A stretch of DNA of 64,000 nt, taken from the NCBI RefSeq assembly GCF_009914755.1, contig NC_060925.1; one strand, written 5' to 3'. The notes under the pieces were generated by a model that worked only from the letters and a program-made list of their open reading frames with translations, was not told the DNA's origin and did not search any database. A program made the translations under genes and the position numbers. Source of the DNA: the human T2T-CHM13v2.0 reference genome, Homo sapiens. Shown piece by piece: positions 29,103-44,320 of this stretch (its first letter is position 1; each line of letters starts with the position of its first letter).

Positions 29103-29181
29103 ACTTGATATTTATATATAATGGAAAACATTTTCTGGAGCCAAAAAAGGGTCGAAATTTACTCTGGAAAAAATACTATTG

Positions 29182-29573
29182 TGTTATACATTGAATTGAG
29201 TTCCATTCCCCAAATTTATATGTAGAAGTTCTAACTCCCTACTTCTTAGAATGTGAGTTTATTTGGAGTTATGGTCTTTAAAGTGATAATTAAGGTTAAA
29301 TGAGGTCACTGGTGCGGCCCTTAATCCATTATAACAGATACTCTTATATGGATAGGAGATTAGGACAGACATTGACAGAAGAAACACCATGTGAATACAC
29401 CTGTAAAATTGGCCCTCAATGTAAACTCAAGAAGAGACACCTTCAGAAGAAACTTACCCTGCCTATACCTTCAGCCTTGGGCTTCTAGCATTCATAACTA
29501 ATATAATACATTCCTGTTGCTTGAGCCACTTGGTGCATGGTGCTTTGTTATGGCAACTATAATAAATGACAGA
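29182..29573 (+). mobile_element. MLT1B LTR
   Basis: tgttat..ttgaattg...agaatgtgagtttatttgga...taaggttaaatgaggtca...ctttgttatggca. Confidence 0.85.
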
Positions 29574-30679
29574 AATGCATATTAAATATCAGATAAACAG
29601 ATAAACATGCTGCCATTTGTACATGTAAATGAAGAACATTTTCATTGTTTACATTTAAGAATAAAGGATACATTAAAAATTATCCCAGTAAAAATATCAT
29701 TAAGAGTACATATATTAGACCACACTCAGAGTTCCCTTTTTGTACTTCTTTTCTTTTCTTGCTTATAAAATCCAGAAAGCAATAAAAAACAATTGTATTT
29801 GTTTTTCCATTTTTGAGAAAAAGCAACTATTTCCATGTCATTTTCATAGCTGTTAAGCCTTAGCTATTGGGCCAAAGTTAGGGTCTTTTCTAGATCTGGC
29901 AAAAATAGTAGTATTTCTTCACATTTCAAAATAAATAATTTATATAGTGCTTTCTTTGGATAATTCCCTGTAATTATTTTTTTTTAGATCACATTTTTCC
30001 TACTATGGCCCCTTAGCTGAGCAAACATGCAAACTTGTCTTTAAACCACTCCGTCACTATCTATCTTTTACCCTACTTTATTTTCTCTATATGAAAAAAC
30101 TCTACAAAAAAGTACCCCTTCTGACATGTATACCTACATGTTTACATGTGTTTTTACCAGTACATGCATGCACACACTCACATACATTTCAGGAGAGTGG
30201 GTCCTGTTTTATTCATGTCATATATTATATGCTAGATATTTATTTAATGTCATTGTTATTTAATCTATTAGATTGAAAGGGAAAGAGTCTGTCATTCACT
30301 TTTAGTTACTCATCTTTCCGTAGGTACAGCAAAGTCAAGAGGTTTTTGGCCTTGCTCTTTGATGAAATGCATAAATACATCCCAGTCTCCTCCAAAAAAG
30401 TTGGAAAGGCTAAAACATTTTCTGCAGGATTTTGCCCTGATTCTTAGAGATTCCAGAGCTTGAGAATTTGGTGATCTGAATTTGTATAGGCTCTTCTGAG
30501 ACCCCATTCCACTTCTTGTTCCTGCATGGAAAATGCTGTCATTGTGTCTTTTATCTTAATTACCAGATGTATTCTTTCCAAATAATGGAAGCAAAGAAAA
30601 AACATAAGCAAATAAAATCTGGACCCAGAAAAATAACATAAGCATTCTTAGATTTGATTTTTTTAAAAGCATAATTTTT

Positions 30680-32400
30680 CAACTCTTTGTCTTGCTCCCA
30701 CTCCCACCATGTGATATGCCTGTTCTCATTTTACCTTTCATCATGATTAAAAGCTTCCAGAGGCCTTGCCTGAGTCCTAGCAGATGGTGGTGTCATGCTT
30801 GTATAGCCTGAAGAACCATGAGCCAATAAACTTTTTGTATTTATAAATTCCCAAGTCTCGGATATTCAATTACTTGCAATGCATGAATGGCCTCACACAG
30901 AAAATTTGTACCAGAGTGGGGCATTACAGTAAAGATACCTGAAAATGTGGAAGCAACTTTTAAACTGGGTAATAGGCAGAGGCTGGAAGAGTTGGGAGGG
31001 TTCGGAAGAAGATAGGAGGATGAGGGAATATTTGGAGCTTTTTAGAAACTGGTTAAATGGTTGTGACCAAAAAGTTGATAGTGATATGAACAGAGAAGTC
31101 CAAGCTGAGGAGGTCACAGGTGAAAGTTAGAACCTTACTGGGAACTAGAGCAAAAGTTATGTGTATTATATCTTAATAAATAACCTGGCTTCATTGTGTT
31201 TATGCCTAGAAAACTGTGGAAGATTGAACTAAAGAATAATAATTTAGAGCATCTGGAGGAAAAAATTTCTAAGCAGCAAACCATTCAAGATATAACCTGG
31301 GTGCTTCTAACCATCTATACTCAGATGCAGGAGCAAAGAAATAAAGTATAAATTTATATTTAAAGGGGAAGCAGAGCATAAAAGTTTCGAAAATTTGCAA
31401 AATAGCCATGTGGCAGAAAAATAAAAGCCTTTTTCAGGAGAATAATTTAAGAAGGCTGTGGAGCAACCACTTGCCAGAGAGATTTGCATAACTAAAAAAG
31501 AGCCAAGTGCTAATAGCCAAGACAACGAGGAAAAGGCCTCAAAGGCATTTCAGAGATCTGTGTGGCATCCCCTCCCATCAGAGGCCTGGAGGCCCAGGAG
31601 GAAAAAGTGGTTTCAGGGGCTGAATCCTGAAAATCCACAGGGGCAGAGCCTTCTAAGGCCTTGGGAGCTCACTCCTTGTACCAGTATACACTGGGTGTGA
31701 GACATAGAGTCAAAGGAGATTATTTTGGATCTTTACAGTTTAATGACTGTCTTGCTGGGTTTGGGACTTGCATGCAGCCTGTAACCCCTTTCTTTTGGCT
31801 GATTTCTCCCTTTTAGAAGAATGTTTACCCTATTCCTGTACCCCTATTGTACCTTGGTAATAAAGAAATTGTTTCAACTTTAAAGGCTTATAGGTGGAAA
31901 GAACTCATCTCTAGATGAAACTTTGGACTTGGGACTTTAGACTTTTAACTGATGCTGAAAGGAACTGAAAATTTTGTGGGATGATTGGCAGGGGATAATT
32001 GTATTTTGCAATGTGAGAACATGAGATTTGAGAGGCCAGGGACTGAATGATATAGTTTAAATAGTGTCCCCTCCAAATCTCATGTTAAATTGTAATCCCC
32101 AGTGTTAGAGGTAGGCCTGGTGGGAGGTGACTGAGTCACAAGGCCAGACCCCTCATGGCTTGGTGTTGTCCTCCTGATAGTGAATAAGCTCTTGTGAGAT
32201 CTGATTGTTTAAAATGTGTGACACATCCATCTCCCCACTCTCTATTGGTCCTGATCTGGTCATGTGACATGCCTTCTCCTGTTTGGTCTTCTGCTATGAA
32301 TAAAAGCTCCCTGAGGCCCCCCAGAAGCTATGCAGATGCTTCTACTATGCTTGTACAGCGTGTAGAACCATAAACCAAGCAAAACTTTTTTCTTTGAAAA
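30680..32400 (+). mobile_element. MSTB-like MaLR provirus: partial 5' LTR (to 30899), internal region (30900-32047), 3' LTR (from 32048)
   Basis: LTR end ...aatggcctcacaca|gaaaatt; MST-int motifs (aaagatacctgaaaatgtggaagcaact); purine tract atgagatttgagaggccagggactgaa|tgata. Confidence 0.9.
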
Positions 32401-35268
32401 TGAAAAAAACAAGTACATTTTCCAAATTAGTGTTAAAATGTTAATATAATCGGATTATACAATATTTAACATAACCTCTTCTTAATATAATCTGATTCCC
32501 AAATTACAGAGAGGAGTCTTCCTATAAATACATACATATTTGTTCACTTTCCTGCTTAAAATTCCTCGGTGACTCTCATTGGTCTTCGGAAAGTCCACAT
32601 TTGTAACATTCCTTGCAGGAACCTTTCTAGCAAGGACTTATTTAAAAATTCATGCTACATTGTAACTAAAAATTTCACCTTGGGCCTGTGAAGTTTCTTT
32701 TCCTGTTTTGGAGTTCCAAAATGCTTAGAATAGTATTTCAGAATACCACATTTCATGTGATTATATCACACACCAAAGTAGCGGCTGTGAGAATGTAAAG
32801 AGAATAAGTCTGGGTTTTTCAAAACTGCATACTGTTTTTCAGCATGACTTTCAGCAGAATAATAATATAGCCACTCATCATTGCCCCTGGCTATACTCTC
32901 TCTGCATGGCATTTTTCAGTGAGAGGGTTCAAATATTTCAAAGACACCTAATACTTTTAAAATGGAGGTGACAAATGCATGTAATTGTTCTCCAGACACT
33001 TTGCGCACAGCAGTGTAAAATTTGAAGTAATCAAATCAGGAAACATAGCCTTAAAGCAATTTCCTCAGACTTATGGTCACATTGAAAGCAATATATTCCT
33101 GAATTCAACAATGTGTGTGTGCATGATCTGAGGTCTCCAGAATAGTTAACTGAATTGTGGTTATTATATTAGTGATCAACTGAGGACTTAAATACCAAAG
33201 ATGGGGGTGGCACTCCATGAAGACAGGCCTTATTAAGAGCTGAAACTATAATAAATGAGACAAAATAGAACACATTTTACTTAAATCTGTAGTAGTTTGT
33301 ATTTTATGTAAGACTATGACTCTGGCTTCCTATTGTATCATGCTTTAAACTGTTTGTGTGAAAATAAATTAAAACATGCATTTTATTTTTAAATTTCATT
33401 TCTGTTTTTAGTATTAAAGGGCAGTAAACGGAGAATGGTATGTAAGTACCTAACTTTGCAAGTGTATGGGTTATTTACTGAGGTTAGTTTTAAAAAAATA
33501 GGATGAGACTATTTTTTAACAATATTTTATCATGGATATCAGTATATTTAAACACTAAGTGTAGCAAATTCCAATAGAAAATTCCCACAGGAAGCCTTTA
33601 CCTTGTTTTCCTGCCAAACTAAAGGTGGCTACGCCCTGAATAATTCTAAATGTGCCAAGATTTAAAAGTGCATGGTTTTCAGCACTGCACTTGAAAGAGC
33701 CTGATGCAGCAGAATTCGGTACAGTTATTTTTTCACAGTGTTCAGATATTGCCCTGAATTAAACGATTCAACCACTACAGGTTTTTGAAAAATCTGTTCA
33801 CATTTTCATTTTTCAAATTGCATATTTCTAAATTGTTTGCTTTATTTAAAAGGAAAGAAAAAACAAGGAATATTAACAGTAAGAAAGGGTTGGATATTCT
33901 AACAATGTAGAGAGATCTCTCAAAATTTTAGGGCAAAAGTACTTTAGGACATCATTGCAACTGGAGAATTATTATCTCTGTATCTCTTCTCCTTGGGGCC
34001 ACATAGGCTAGATGCTCTGTTTTCTCTGCACTGCTTTATTTCAGTCTCTCTGAAGATGGCATACTGTCTTCACGCCTGCATTCATTGGATTAGTCATAGT
34101 TCTCTATAGATGGCAGCCTTACCTTTTTGGTCTACCTACTCTTCAACTTTTCACAGTTAACACAACTAAGTCCCTATGTTTCATTTCAAAAATGCCATGG
34201 AATCTAATTGGCCTGTTTTGGCTCAAGTTTCCATTCCAAGTTTAATCAGCTCTGGAAAGAATCCAGGGTCATTTGAAACACAGAACAGTTCAATTCAGGC
34301 TCTGACAGTGCAAAGGCTAAGCATGAAGGCATATATAGAAAGCACATACTGGGATCTCCAGTATCTGATTCACTAAAATGTAGTTTACCTTAATTGAATA
34401 TAGGTAAATTATATTTAATGAAGCTTTCCTTGAAGGGTTGATTACATCAAACTATTTGTTGCTTATTTTTATTGGTTGTAGTCTGTGAGTGAATCTTGAT
34501 AGGAACTTGATTACTTATAACAGAGTCTGGGTAGAATATATTTATTTAGCAAAAAAATTAAAAGCTTATTGATTACAGTTTACCACACTTTAGAAAGCGA
34601 GGCAGTAGGAATAATCCAGGACTAGACAAATGAGCACGGATTAGTAAAGATAGAGATCAATTTATTGCTGAGAAGTTAAATCAAGAGAGATGAGGCCAGA
34701 ATTTCAACTGGAAATGCTGTTCTTTCTGTTAGCTTCCTGTTAACTAGACCCAATATTAGATTGAAAACTGTCCTTATAATGTGTACTATTCTATATAAAT
34801 GTTTACATTTACTGTTAGTTTCTTTTTCTTATTAAAACTCATTCATGGCTTTTCAAAGATGATCTATATAAGTATACTATGCTATATTGTAGCTTGTCAC
34901 AATTTAAAAATAAAATATCTCTTTACTAACATCAGAATTAAAACAGCAAGCTGTGGTTAAATCTTTATCTCTATTTACCAAGATAACCTCAAATGAGTTA
35001 TTACAACATATTAGTTCTCACTGCTCAATTTAAAAATATATAGATAGGAAATTAATTTTCTTTCATTGAGAAAATTATAATACATTTAATACATAAGCTA
35101 TTAATAAATTGTGTGCTAAATTGAATTTAAAATCACCTCCAAGAAAGCCACCACCCTTACTACTAATAACATCTTAGATTACATATGCTTTCGATTATTG
35201 TTCCAAATTTCAGTTGCTTCCAATTTCTGAGTTTTCTTTTCAGCTTTTATTTTGAAAAGCATGATGAT

Positions 35269-35601
35269 TGTATTAGTCCGTTCTCACACAGCTATGAAGA
35301 AATATAAGAGACTGGGTAATTTATAAAGAAAAGGGTTTTAATTGACTCACAGTTCTGCATGGCTGGAGAAACCTCAGGAAACTTACAATCATGGCAAAAG
35401 GCAACTTTACATGGGGTGGCAGGAGAGAGAATGAGTACTGAGTAAAGGGGAAAGCCTCTTGTAAAACCATCAGATCTCACGAGAAAAACATGGAGAAAAC
35501 CATCCTCATGATTCAATCTCCACCTGGCCCCACCCTTGATGAGTGGGTATTATTACAAGTCACGTTGAGATTTGGGTGGGGACACAGAGCCAAATTACCC
35601 A
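35269..35601 (-). mobile_element. THE1D-like solo LTR
   Basis: tgtattagtccgttctcac...aaaaccatcagatctc...tgagatttgggtggggacacagagccaaa. Confidence 0.92.
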
Positions 35602-37859
35602 AGATTAAAGTATTTTTATTTAATGTAGAATCATTTTTTAAATACAGATTTAAAATTTGCAATATTCCAATTTGTGTTCTTCCTTAGAAAGTTTTAAGTT
35701 TCATGAAAACAATTTCAATCTGCTTAAGGAAATTGAGACATAGCATGGTCTCTTTTTAGCAAGAGGAATCTATGCAGGCTACCGTTACATAGATTCAATT
35801 GCAGCTTAAATCCTTATAGAGTTATGGGAATTATCTGAAAATTAGCCTGTGCATTCCTTAAGTTATTATAATGTGCTATAAAATGTAATATTGCCTTGTA
35901 TACATTTCCTAAAGACATCAAAATTCACTAGCAATGGACATGTCAACTGAATATGTTTGCCTTTAAACTAGACACTAAGTGTTCATTGGAAATATCTCGG
36001 AGGGAAAAAGAGAAAATTATTGTAATTCAGTGAAGAAAACAAGATCTGTCTAAAATATGACAATGAGTGCTCATGATTAAGAGAGTCAGTTTTAAAATCT
36101 GTCAGGTATGAATTTTTCAATATCTATATTTATTCTCAAATATACTTAACATATCACAGATTAGTGACATTAAATTAGCAATTCAAATGTTTACATTTAA
36201 AAGGTTAACAATATGCAATCCTAAAATAGAAAAACATGTTAAAGTTTAAGATCATATAATATAAATCATAAAATTGTTAAGCAAGAGAAATATTATATCC
36301 CTTTGAAAATGTCATGTAAAACATACATACACAGTCATACACACATTGACACATTGGGATAAAGCTAAAAGCATGATCTGGAATAAGAACAGATTCAAAA
36401 CCAACATTTTAAGAATGGTTATATTCTACATACAATGTAGAATAAAAAGCATGTATGGGAGATAAATATTTCTGTCGAACTTATCTTATTTTCAATTTAG
36501 AGAAGATATTCAAGCAATTGTTCTCCATTGAAATGACATTTGGAAGTTTCACTAATTTTTAATGGAAAATAAGATTTTAAAACTTCACTTAAATCTTTAT
36601 TTGTTGCTAATTAATGACCCTCCACACAAATTCATTATCTGAGTAGATTCTATTAGTGGGGTTTTGCTGCCTCACCCATCCACTTCTTTGCTCTCAATCA
36701 TGCATTAGTGACACTTTTGCTCAAGGGAAAAAATGTATCAGTTGTTCTGAAAAGAGAGGATAATTTCAAAGAAAAATAGCCTATAACCTTATAATGCAAG
36801 ATGCAAAGAAAATTAGTGGGGATTTGATCAGTCACAGAGTGCAAAGGCTTTCTTTTTCTATAACTGAACTTACTGTAATTATTTTCTTTAATAGATACAT
36901 TAATAGATGTATAGGGATATGTGAGTGCTTCCTGATAGTTCTGCTTTGAAATATTTGTAAGAAGGAAAAAACTCTATACACAAAATAAAAGTGTAATAAT
37001 AGAAGGTCATGGAGTTTATAACCTATTGTGGCAGTTTCCATAGTGATTTCGCAAAGAGAAATACTGTGTGCTACCCAGAATAACCTCTATTACATATAAA
37101 GAGACAAACCTTCAGTAAAACAATCATTTTAATGGATCTCAGGCTAATGTGGCTCTTTCGCTTTATTTAGGTTTCATGGTCTTTGAATAGCATAGTCACA
37201 ATTACATTCTCATTTAATGAAGTTAATTTTTTAAATTTTGTGTACATTTTTAATCCTTCCAGAGAGTTAGAAATATAAAATTTATACTCATTGGTATCAG
37301 TACTTATGCTAGTTATATCGTATTTGGCATTTCTTTTGCATAGAATAGTGCTGGAGCATAGTAGGTGCTTAATGAATATGTGTGCAAAACCTTACAAGTG
37401 TCCCCATTTATTTAACTAAGATTTTATCCAATTTGTATGGATAATGCAGGACTTCACCTGTAATGCAGGACTAGAGCAAGAAGAGGTGAATTGTGCAATA
37501 TGATCATGGGTCTGAACATTTAGTCATGTTTATCTTGGCCACATTCCAAACCTGATATATGAAAGTAAAGGTACATCTCAATATTTTGTTTACTGCATCA
37601 ATATTTTATCTTCTATGTGGAATCTGGAAAGAGGTTTGAAGTAGAGGAGATAACAATTGTTGTTGCTTATGATTTCATTGTAATTTTATATAAATTTTCT
37701 CATTTAAATTGTGCAATTCTGGAAGGTAATTATGACTAGCATAATAGGATTCCCAATCCAGATAGCAATTATTTCTTTAGTCCTGTCAGAACAATGTAAA
37801 GAAGGCTAAAATATACGTTAGCAATTGTCGTTCAACATGTGGGTTTGTATAACCAATAA

Positions 37860-38752
<893 letters not shown>

Positions 38753-38988
38753 TCTCAAACTCTTAAAAGTTTTTCCAGGACTCATTCTTGTCCCACCATG
38801 TTCTAACAGCTCAAGAGTTCTATACAAGTATTTTTATGACTACATCCTTTAGGATGTTCCATTGTAAAAGTTTGCACTGCATATACACAATGTGCATCTT
38901 CAGCCACCTATATTATTATCAGATTTGGCAACAGGAGACTATGTAAGCAGATGGTAAGGAGTAACAAATCAGCATTTAGAATTTAGAA

Positions 38989-39207
38989 GAATGAGAACAC
39001 ATAGTCACAGCAAGGGGAACATCACACACCGGGACCTGTTGTGGGGTGGGGGGAGGGGAGAGGGATAGCATTAGGGGATATACCTAATATTAAATGACGA
39101 GTTAATGGGTGCAGCACAGCAACATGGCTCATGTATACATATGTAACAAACCTGCACGTTGTGCAAATGTACCCTAAAACTTAAAGTAAAATAATAATAA
39201 TAAAAAA
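38989..39207 (+). mobile_element. 5'-truncated L1PA (about PA3-5) 3'UTR
   Basis: ggggaacatcacacacc...G-tract...taaatgacgagttaatgggtgcagcac...cttaaagta; TSD agaatttagaa (38978-38988, 39208-39218). Confidence 0.96.
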
Positions 39208-40022
39208 AGAATTTAGAAACATGACATTAGAGAAGTTATTCTCAAACTTGCAAGATGTAAAAATACTACTCATAGCATCATCACCAATTGAGGGTGCCAT
39301 AAAAAAAAATAAATGAATGTTAATTCTTAAAATATTTATTTCTCTAGTTTTCAATCACTGATTTATCTGTAATGCTTACCTTAAAGTCAGGTTAGATTGG
39401 AGTTCTTCTTGTTCATCGGTTTATTACTTTTTTTTTGTTTGTCTTTTTGTTTTACACATAACTAGGAAACTCTAATGCAATTGGGAATGGCATAGTCCAT
39501 TTGGTGGCTATGCTACATAATTTTAAATATCTTAATCGATCCTGGAGCCACTATTTAAATAATGATTTCTAATTGAAGATTGTATTTATTGTAACAAGAT
39601 CTGTGTGTCACAAGGAAAAGCTGAAGATGGGATTTATTAATGTTTCAGGCAGTAAAATGTAGTTATAATCCAGTAACTGAATTTTCTTTTGTAAAGTATT
39701 CTTTATTATGTTGCTAGCTCTGAAAGTGATTTTTAAATAAGTATAGTATCATTTATTTATTTATTTATTTATTTGACTCCCTCCCAAAATTCATTAATAG
39801 TCAATCCCACTGAGCAAGCTCTTGGCATTAGTGTAGTATTGCAATATTCACACTGTACTAAAAACTGGGCACTGAAGTGATCAATTTATTCAAGATGGAG
39901 ATCTATGCTATCTAATAGAGTCTATCTTATCAACTGAGTCATCTGATCTCCAAGTTATTTTTAATGGCTTATTTCTAATATCTCACTATTACAGAAAATT
40001 TTGTAATGATAATCTTTACACA

Positions 40023-41206
40023 AAAGGGTATGTTGTATCTGTCTCATACTAACTTTAAAAAATATATTGTTAAACTGTTCAGAATTTTGGAAACAATTAT
40101 AAAACACAGCAGTTAAAAATTAAGTTACTGCCTACCATGCTGCTGGATTCAGTTTGACAGCATTTTGTTGAGGATTTTTGCAGTGAGGTTCAACAAGTAC
40201 ATTGGCCTGAAGTTTTCTTTTTTTGTTGTATCTCTGCCAGATTTTGGTATCACAAAGAAAATATGGTGCATATACACCATGGAATTCTATTCAGCCTTAT
40301 AAAAGAATGAGATCATGTCCTTTGCAAGGACCTGGATGGAGCTGGAAGGTATTATTCTCAGCAAACTAACACAGAAACAGAAAACCAAATACTGAAAGTT
40401 CTCACTTATAAGTGGGAGCTGAATGTTGAGAACACATGGACACACAAAGGGGAACAACACACACCAGGGCCTATCAGAGAGTGGAGAACTGGAGGAGAGA
40501 GAGAATCGGGAAAAATTACTAATGAGTACTAGGCTTAACACCTTTGTGATTAAGTAACCTGTACAACAACCCACAGTGACACAAGTTTACATATAAAAGA
40601 AACCTACACTTGGCACTTGTAACCCTGAACTTAAAACAAAAGTTAAAAAAAAAGCTAAGTTACATCAACTAGCAATTAAAGAATTCATATTGAAAATAAA
40701 CTCATCTATTCCTAATTATTTTACTATATTTTATTGTTGCCTGTGATCTGTAAGTTTTTATATAATGTTTTGTTACTGCAAATCTCTCCCAACTGCACAC
40801 CCAGTGGTATAGTGTTACTGTACTGAATTATATCCTGTGGGTACAATTATACCCTGAAAATTGACAAATACTACAGATCAGGCTTGAATAAATGTTTTAT
40901 TTCATATTTAGACTTACTACAATAAAGGTAAAAAATTAATAATATTGATTAAAATAAATCATGTTTTTTGTGTAGCTTTTATATCATGACTGGCACAAAA
41001 TTTAAATAAATTTTCTTTCACTGTTAACAGCTAATGTTTGATTCAGCAAAGGAGTTGCTCACATTCTTGATGAATAAAGAAAGCCTTAGCATATATCTTA
41101 TGTTTCCCTTTTTTTTTTGCTTGTTAATGTATACAAAAATATTAAACAAAATTTATGTTGGGATCACTTGAGAGCTGGTTGCTAAGCATTTATCAGCACG
41201 CCAGTA
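40023..41206 (+). mobile_element. MER63C/D (hAT DNA transposon), split by L1
   Basis: attgttaaa..aattttg..aaacacagc..ttaaaaatta | ttcctaattattttacta...ctacagatcaggcttga...catttatcagcacgcca. Confidence 0.75.
40129..40650 (+). mobile_element. L1PA13-15-like insertion with 5' inversion (minus 40138-40252, plus 40254-40650)
   Basis: Antisense RT piece joined to a sense ORF2 end/3'UTR; TSD aaaa(at/gc)taagttac at 40115-40128 and 40650-40663. Confidence 0.92.
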
Positions 41207-41329
41207 CTTAATGTCTCCTTGTACACATGTGAGAGATTTTAAAAAGTATAATTCTAGGGGATTGATTGATGTCTTCCAGTTTGATTCATAATGCAGTAAG
41301 CATTAGTAGTCTTGCCTATGACTAATTAC

Positions 41330-42130
41330 GTATAACTGAAGTCTAAAAGAAAAGGAAAGAGACAGTAGAGTAGAAATATATTAAAGAAATTAAGACAGAA
41401 ATTGTTGCAAATTTGCTTAAATTGTCCTCACATAGATACAAGAAACTCAGTGGATAATAAGCAGAATAAAGGGAAGAAAAACTACCTGTAGTTTCATGAG
41501 AGTAAAATTACTAAAAATCAGTGTTAAAAAGTAAATACCAAATGAAGCTAGGGAAAATAAAAAGACACATATGTAGGTAGGTGATCAGCTATACAAAATA
41601 ATACCTGAATACTCTCAGAAACAATAGAGTTTAGAAAACATTGGAATGATATCCTTAAATTGTTGAAAATAAAAAAGTCAACACAATTTCTGTATTTAAT
41701 AAAAATTTTCTTCAAGAAAAGGCAAACAAGAATATTTCCTAAGAAAAGTTGGCCAGCAGACCTGGTCTTCACCAGCAGACTTGGTCATACAGAAATGGTA
41801 AGTGAAGTTTTCAGACTGACATCAAGTGCATCTTATCTACACTCAAGAATAAAGAGCAATACAAATAGTAAATATATGATGAAATATGTCTGCGTTTTCC
41901 CTTCTTTTATTTCATTTAAAAGTCAGAAATGGTGGATTCAAAATGTTTGAGAAGTATGAATTTTATTATGGGTTCTAGAATCTAAACAGTAATGAGTAGT
42001 AAGTCAGTAAAATCAGTAGAACACTTACATATAATATAAATGTAAATTAGAGTTGCCAATTTTTACATCATAAGCTTTTGTGTGGGTGGTTGATTTGAGT
42101 TAAACATGACTGTTGACCTAAATCATCCAT
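41330..42130 (+). mobile_element. Ancient L1M ORF1 region
   Basis: caagaaactcag...aagcagaataaa, ctctcagaaacaatagag...tggaatgatatccttaaa. Confidence 0.65.
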
Positions 42131-42499
42131 CTGGATGCAGAAATTGAAACTAACTAAGGCAGGGGATGGAGTGGACCATGAGACCAAAACCAAAAGTAAA
42201 TATATTAATGAACAAAAAGGCAATGTTTCAACCAAGAAATCCTATACTGATTGCCGATAAAATGGTGAAAATGTTCATATATCCAAATACCTTGAGCCTG
42301 AAAGTCACAGGTAATTATGCAAGAGGTTAAAATCATAAATATGGGGCATACCTTCTGTTCCTAATGTACCTGTCATGGGAGATGCATTTAGGTGAATTAT
42401 AGTGTCCCCACATAAACAGCTATGTATACATATACATTTTGAATCTGAAATGAGTAGGTAGGTTAAAACTCAGTTTTCTCTTCATGACCGTAACAGGAC

Positions 42500-42781
42500 A
42501 TGAGAGATTGTTTAATGTGTACAAAAATACAGTTAAGGGGAATAAAATCTAGTGTTTGGTAGCACAATAGGGCAACTATAGCTAATAATAATTTATAGTA
42601 TATTCCAAAGTAACTAGAAGAGTAGAATTGGAATGCTAATAAACAAAAAAATGATAAATACTTAAAGTGATGGACTTCCCCATTATCCTGATTTGGTCAT
42701 TTCACATTGTATGCTTGCATCAAAATGTCACATGTACGTCATAAATATGTACAACTGGTATGCATGCATAAAAATTAAAAA
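42500..42781 (+). mobile_element. L1MA4-like 3' end
   Basis: gtacaaaaatacagtta...ctagtgtttggtagcacaataggg...taactagaagagtagaattggaatg. Confidence 0.88.
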
Positions 42782-44184
42782 GATTTTGTCTGAGGTATTA
42801 GTATAGTATTAATAGATTTAAAACGCTTAAGGGACATGCCAGAACACCAATGACAAAGTTAAAGTAGATGATTGAGAACCAGTTAGATAACTCTTAAAAT
42901 TCAGAAGGCTTGAAAAGGTAGATTATGCAGAAAATCCAAAAAGTGGTATCTTTGTATACAGTCTTTCTTCATGAACCCTGCTCTCCTAAGGTGAAATAGT
43001 GGTAGAAAGTGAAGTACTTGGAGTGCCTGCATGTGGCCTGGATTGTGTGGTACAGTTAACAATGTCTGATACATGCTTGAGAAGTCTAAAGGCTAGAAGA
43101 TGTTGCAATAGCCTTGATGTGTGGCAGGGTAGAAACGCATTTACTAATGCATGGAAGAATAATTAAATTTATCTCTCATCGAAATGTGTGAATCATGGGA
43201 GTAATCTAGATGGAACACATGAAAAATATTTTTGCTATAGGTGTACATTCTGAGCAAAAGGGTTTATCACAAGATAATGGCATCTAAAGAAGAGATCACT
43301 AGAATGTGGACTGAAACAGACAGAACAACAAGAGAGACAGTTTGAATGGAGAGCTGACAAAGTTGCTGAAACAGAACTGTTTATGTGTCTCAAGAGTCTC
43401 ACTTGATGAATTGCATCTAAGAATTCTCACAAAAACCTCTTATGAGTGGATAACAGAAATAGCAAGTTTTAAATATCAGACTGGCCCAGGAAGAAGACAT
43501 CTTATGATTGTACCTTTTAACGAATAAATTCATCTCCAAGCTCAGAGGTGTCAGTAACTGCAGCTAGTCAGAAGAATGGGAGAAGGGAGAGGGAGAAATG
43601 AGTAGAAAAACAAGAGAAAGCATTAATTCCACCTAATATAGATTCTGGTTGGAGGAGCAAAGGGGAAATTGGTGCTTCTGAATGAAGGGCGAAGTTTGAA
43701 TGAATATATTAAATGGGACATTAAATGGGACATTTAATATATTGAAGGGGACATTTAAATTACTGAAATGAAATTGGGTTTGAAGATATGATCATAATTG
43801 ATCACAGGACTATCTATTAAATACAAGTTACCAGAGAAGCCTTGGGCTTGGCCAGAGTTTTCATTTAGTTATAAGAAAAATAGTTTCCCTGCCACATAAG
43901 TATTAAAGAAAGTGTGGGAGAAAAACATAAAGTTGTATTTTTACTATATCCCACTTAGCGTCACTGTTCAAATACAAATTATGTTCTTTAATGCATTTTC
44001 TCACAACTTCCAGATACCTAGAGGCAACTATTGAATATGTTGGAGGTCTCCCACAACTAATTACAGTTAAAGTTTTAATGCACAGTTATAGATTATACTT
44101 TTCATAAGTATGACTTTCTTGAGTTTATGCACATATCCCAATGAAAATGGAAAGTGTTCAAATTTCATATGAGTGAGTTTTCAT

Positions 44185-44320
44185 ACGACTTTAGTCATAT
44201 GTAAAATAGAATGACAATAACAATCTTGTAAGGTTGCTATGAGGTTAGTGGATAACTTATTCTAATGAATTAACACACCTTGATCATTTAATATACACAG
44301 TTATTGCTGTATTACTATAA
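44185..44320 (+). mobile_element. MIR 3' fragment
   Basis: catatgtaaaatagaatgacaata...ggttgctatgaggtta. Confidence 0.55.

Noticed and set aside
33678-33701. REST/RE1-like ttcagcact...gaaagagcc
   Set aside because: Mismatches in both half-sites and spacing that fits neither the canonical nor the usual non-canonical RE1.
39042-39064. G-quadruplex-like G tract
   Set aside because: Standard feature of the L1PA 3'UTR.
42800-43980. Purine-rich block, possibly an ancient LTR
   Set aside because: I cannot assign a family with confidence; needs a Dfam search.
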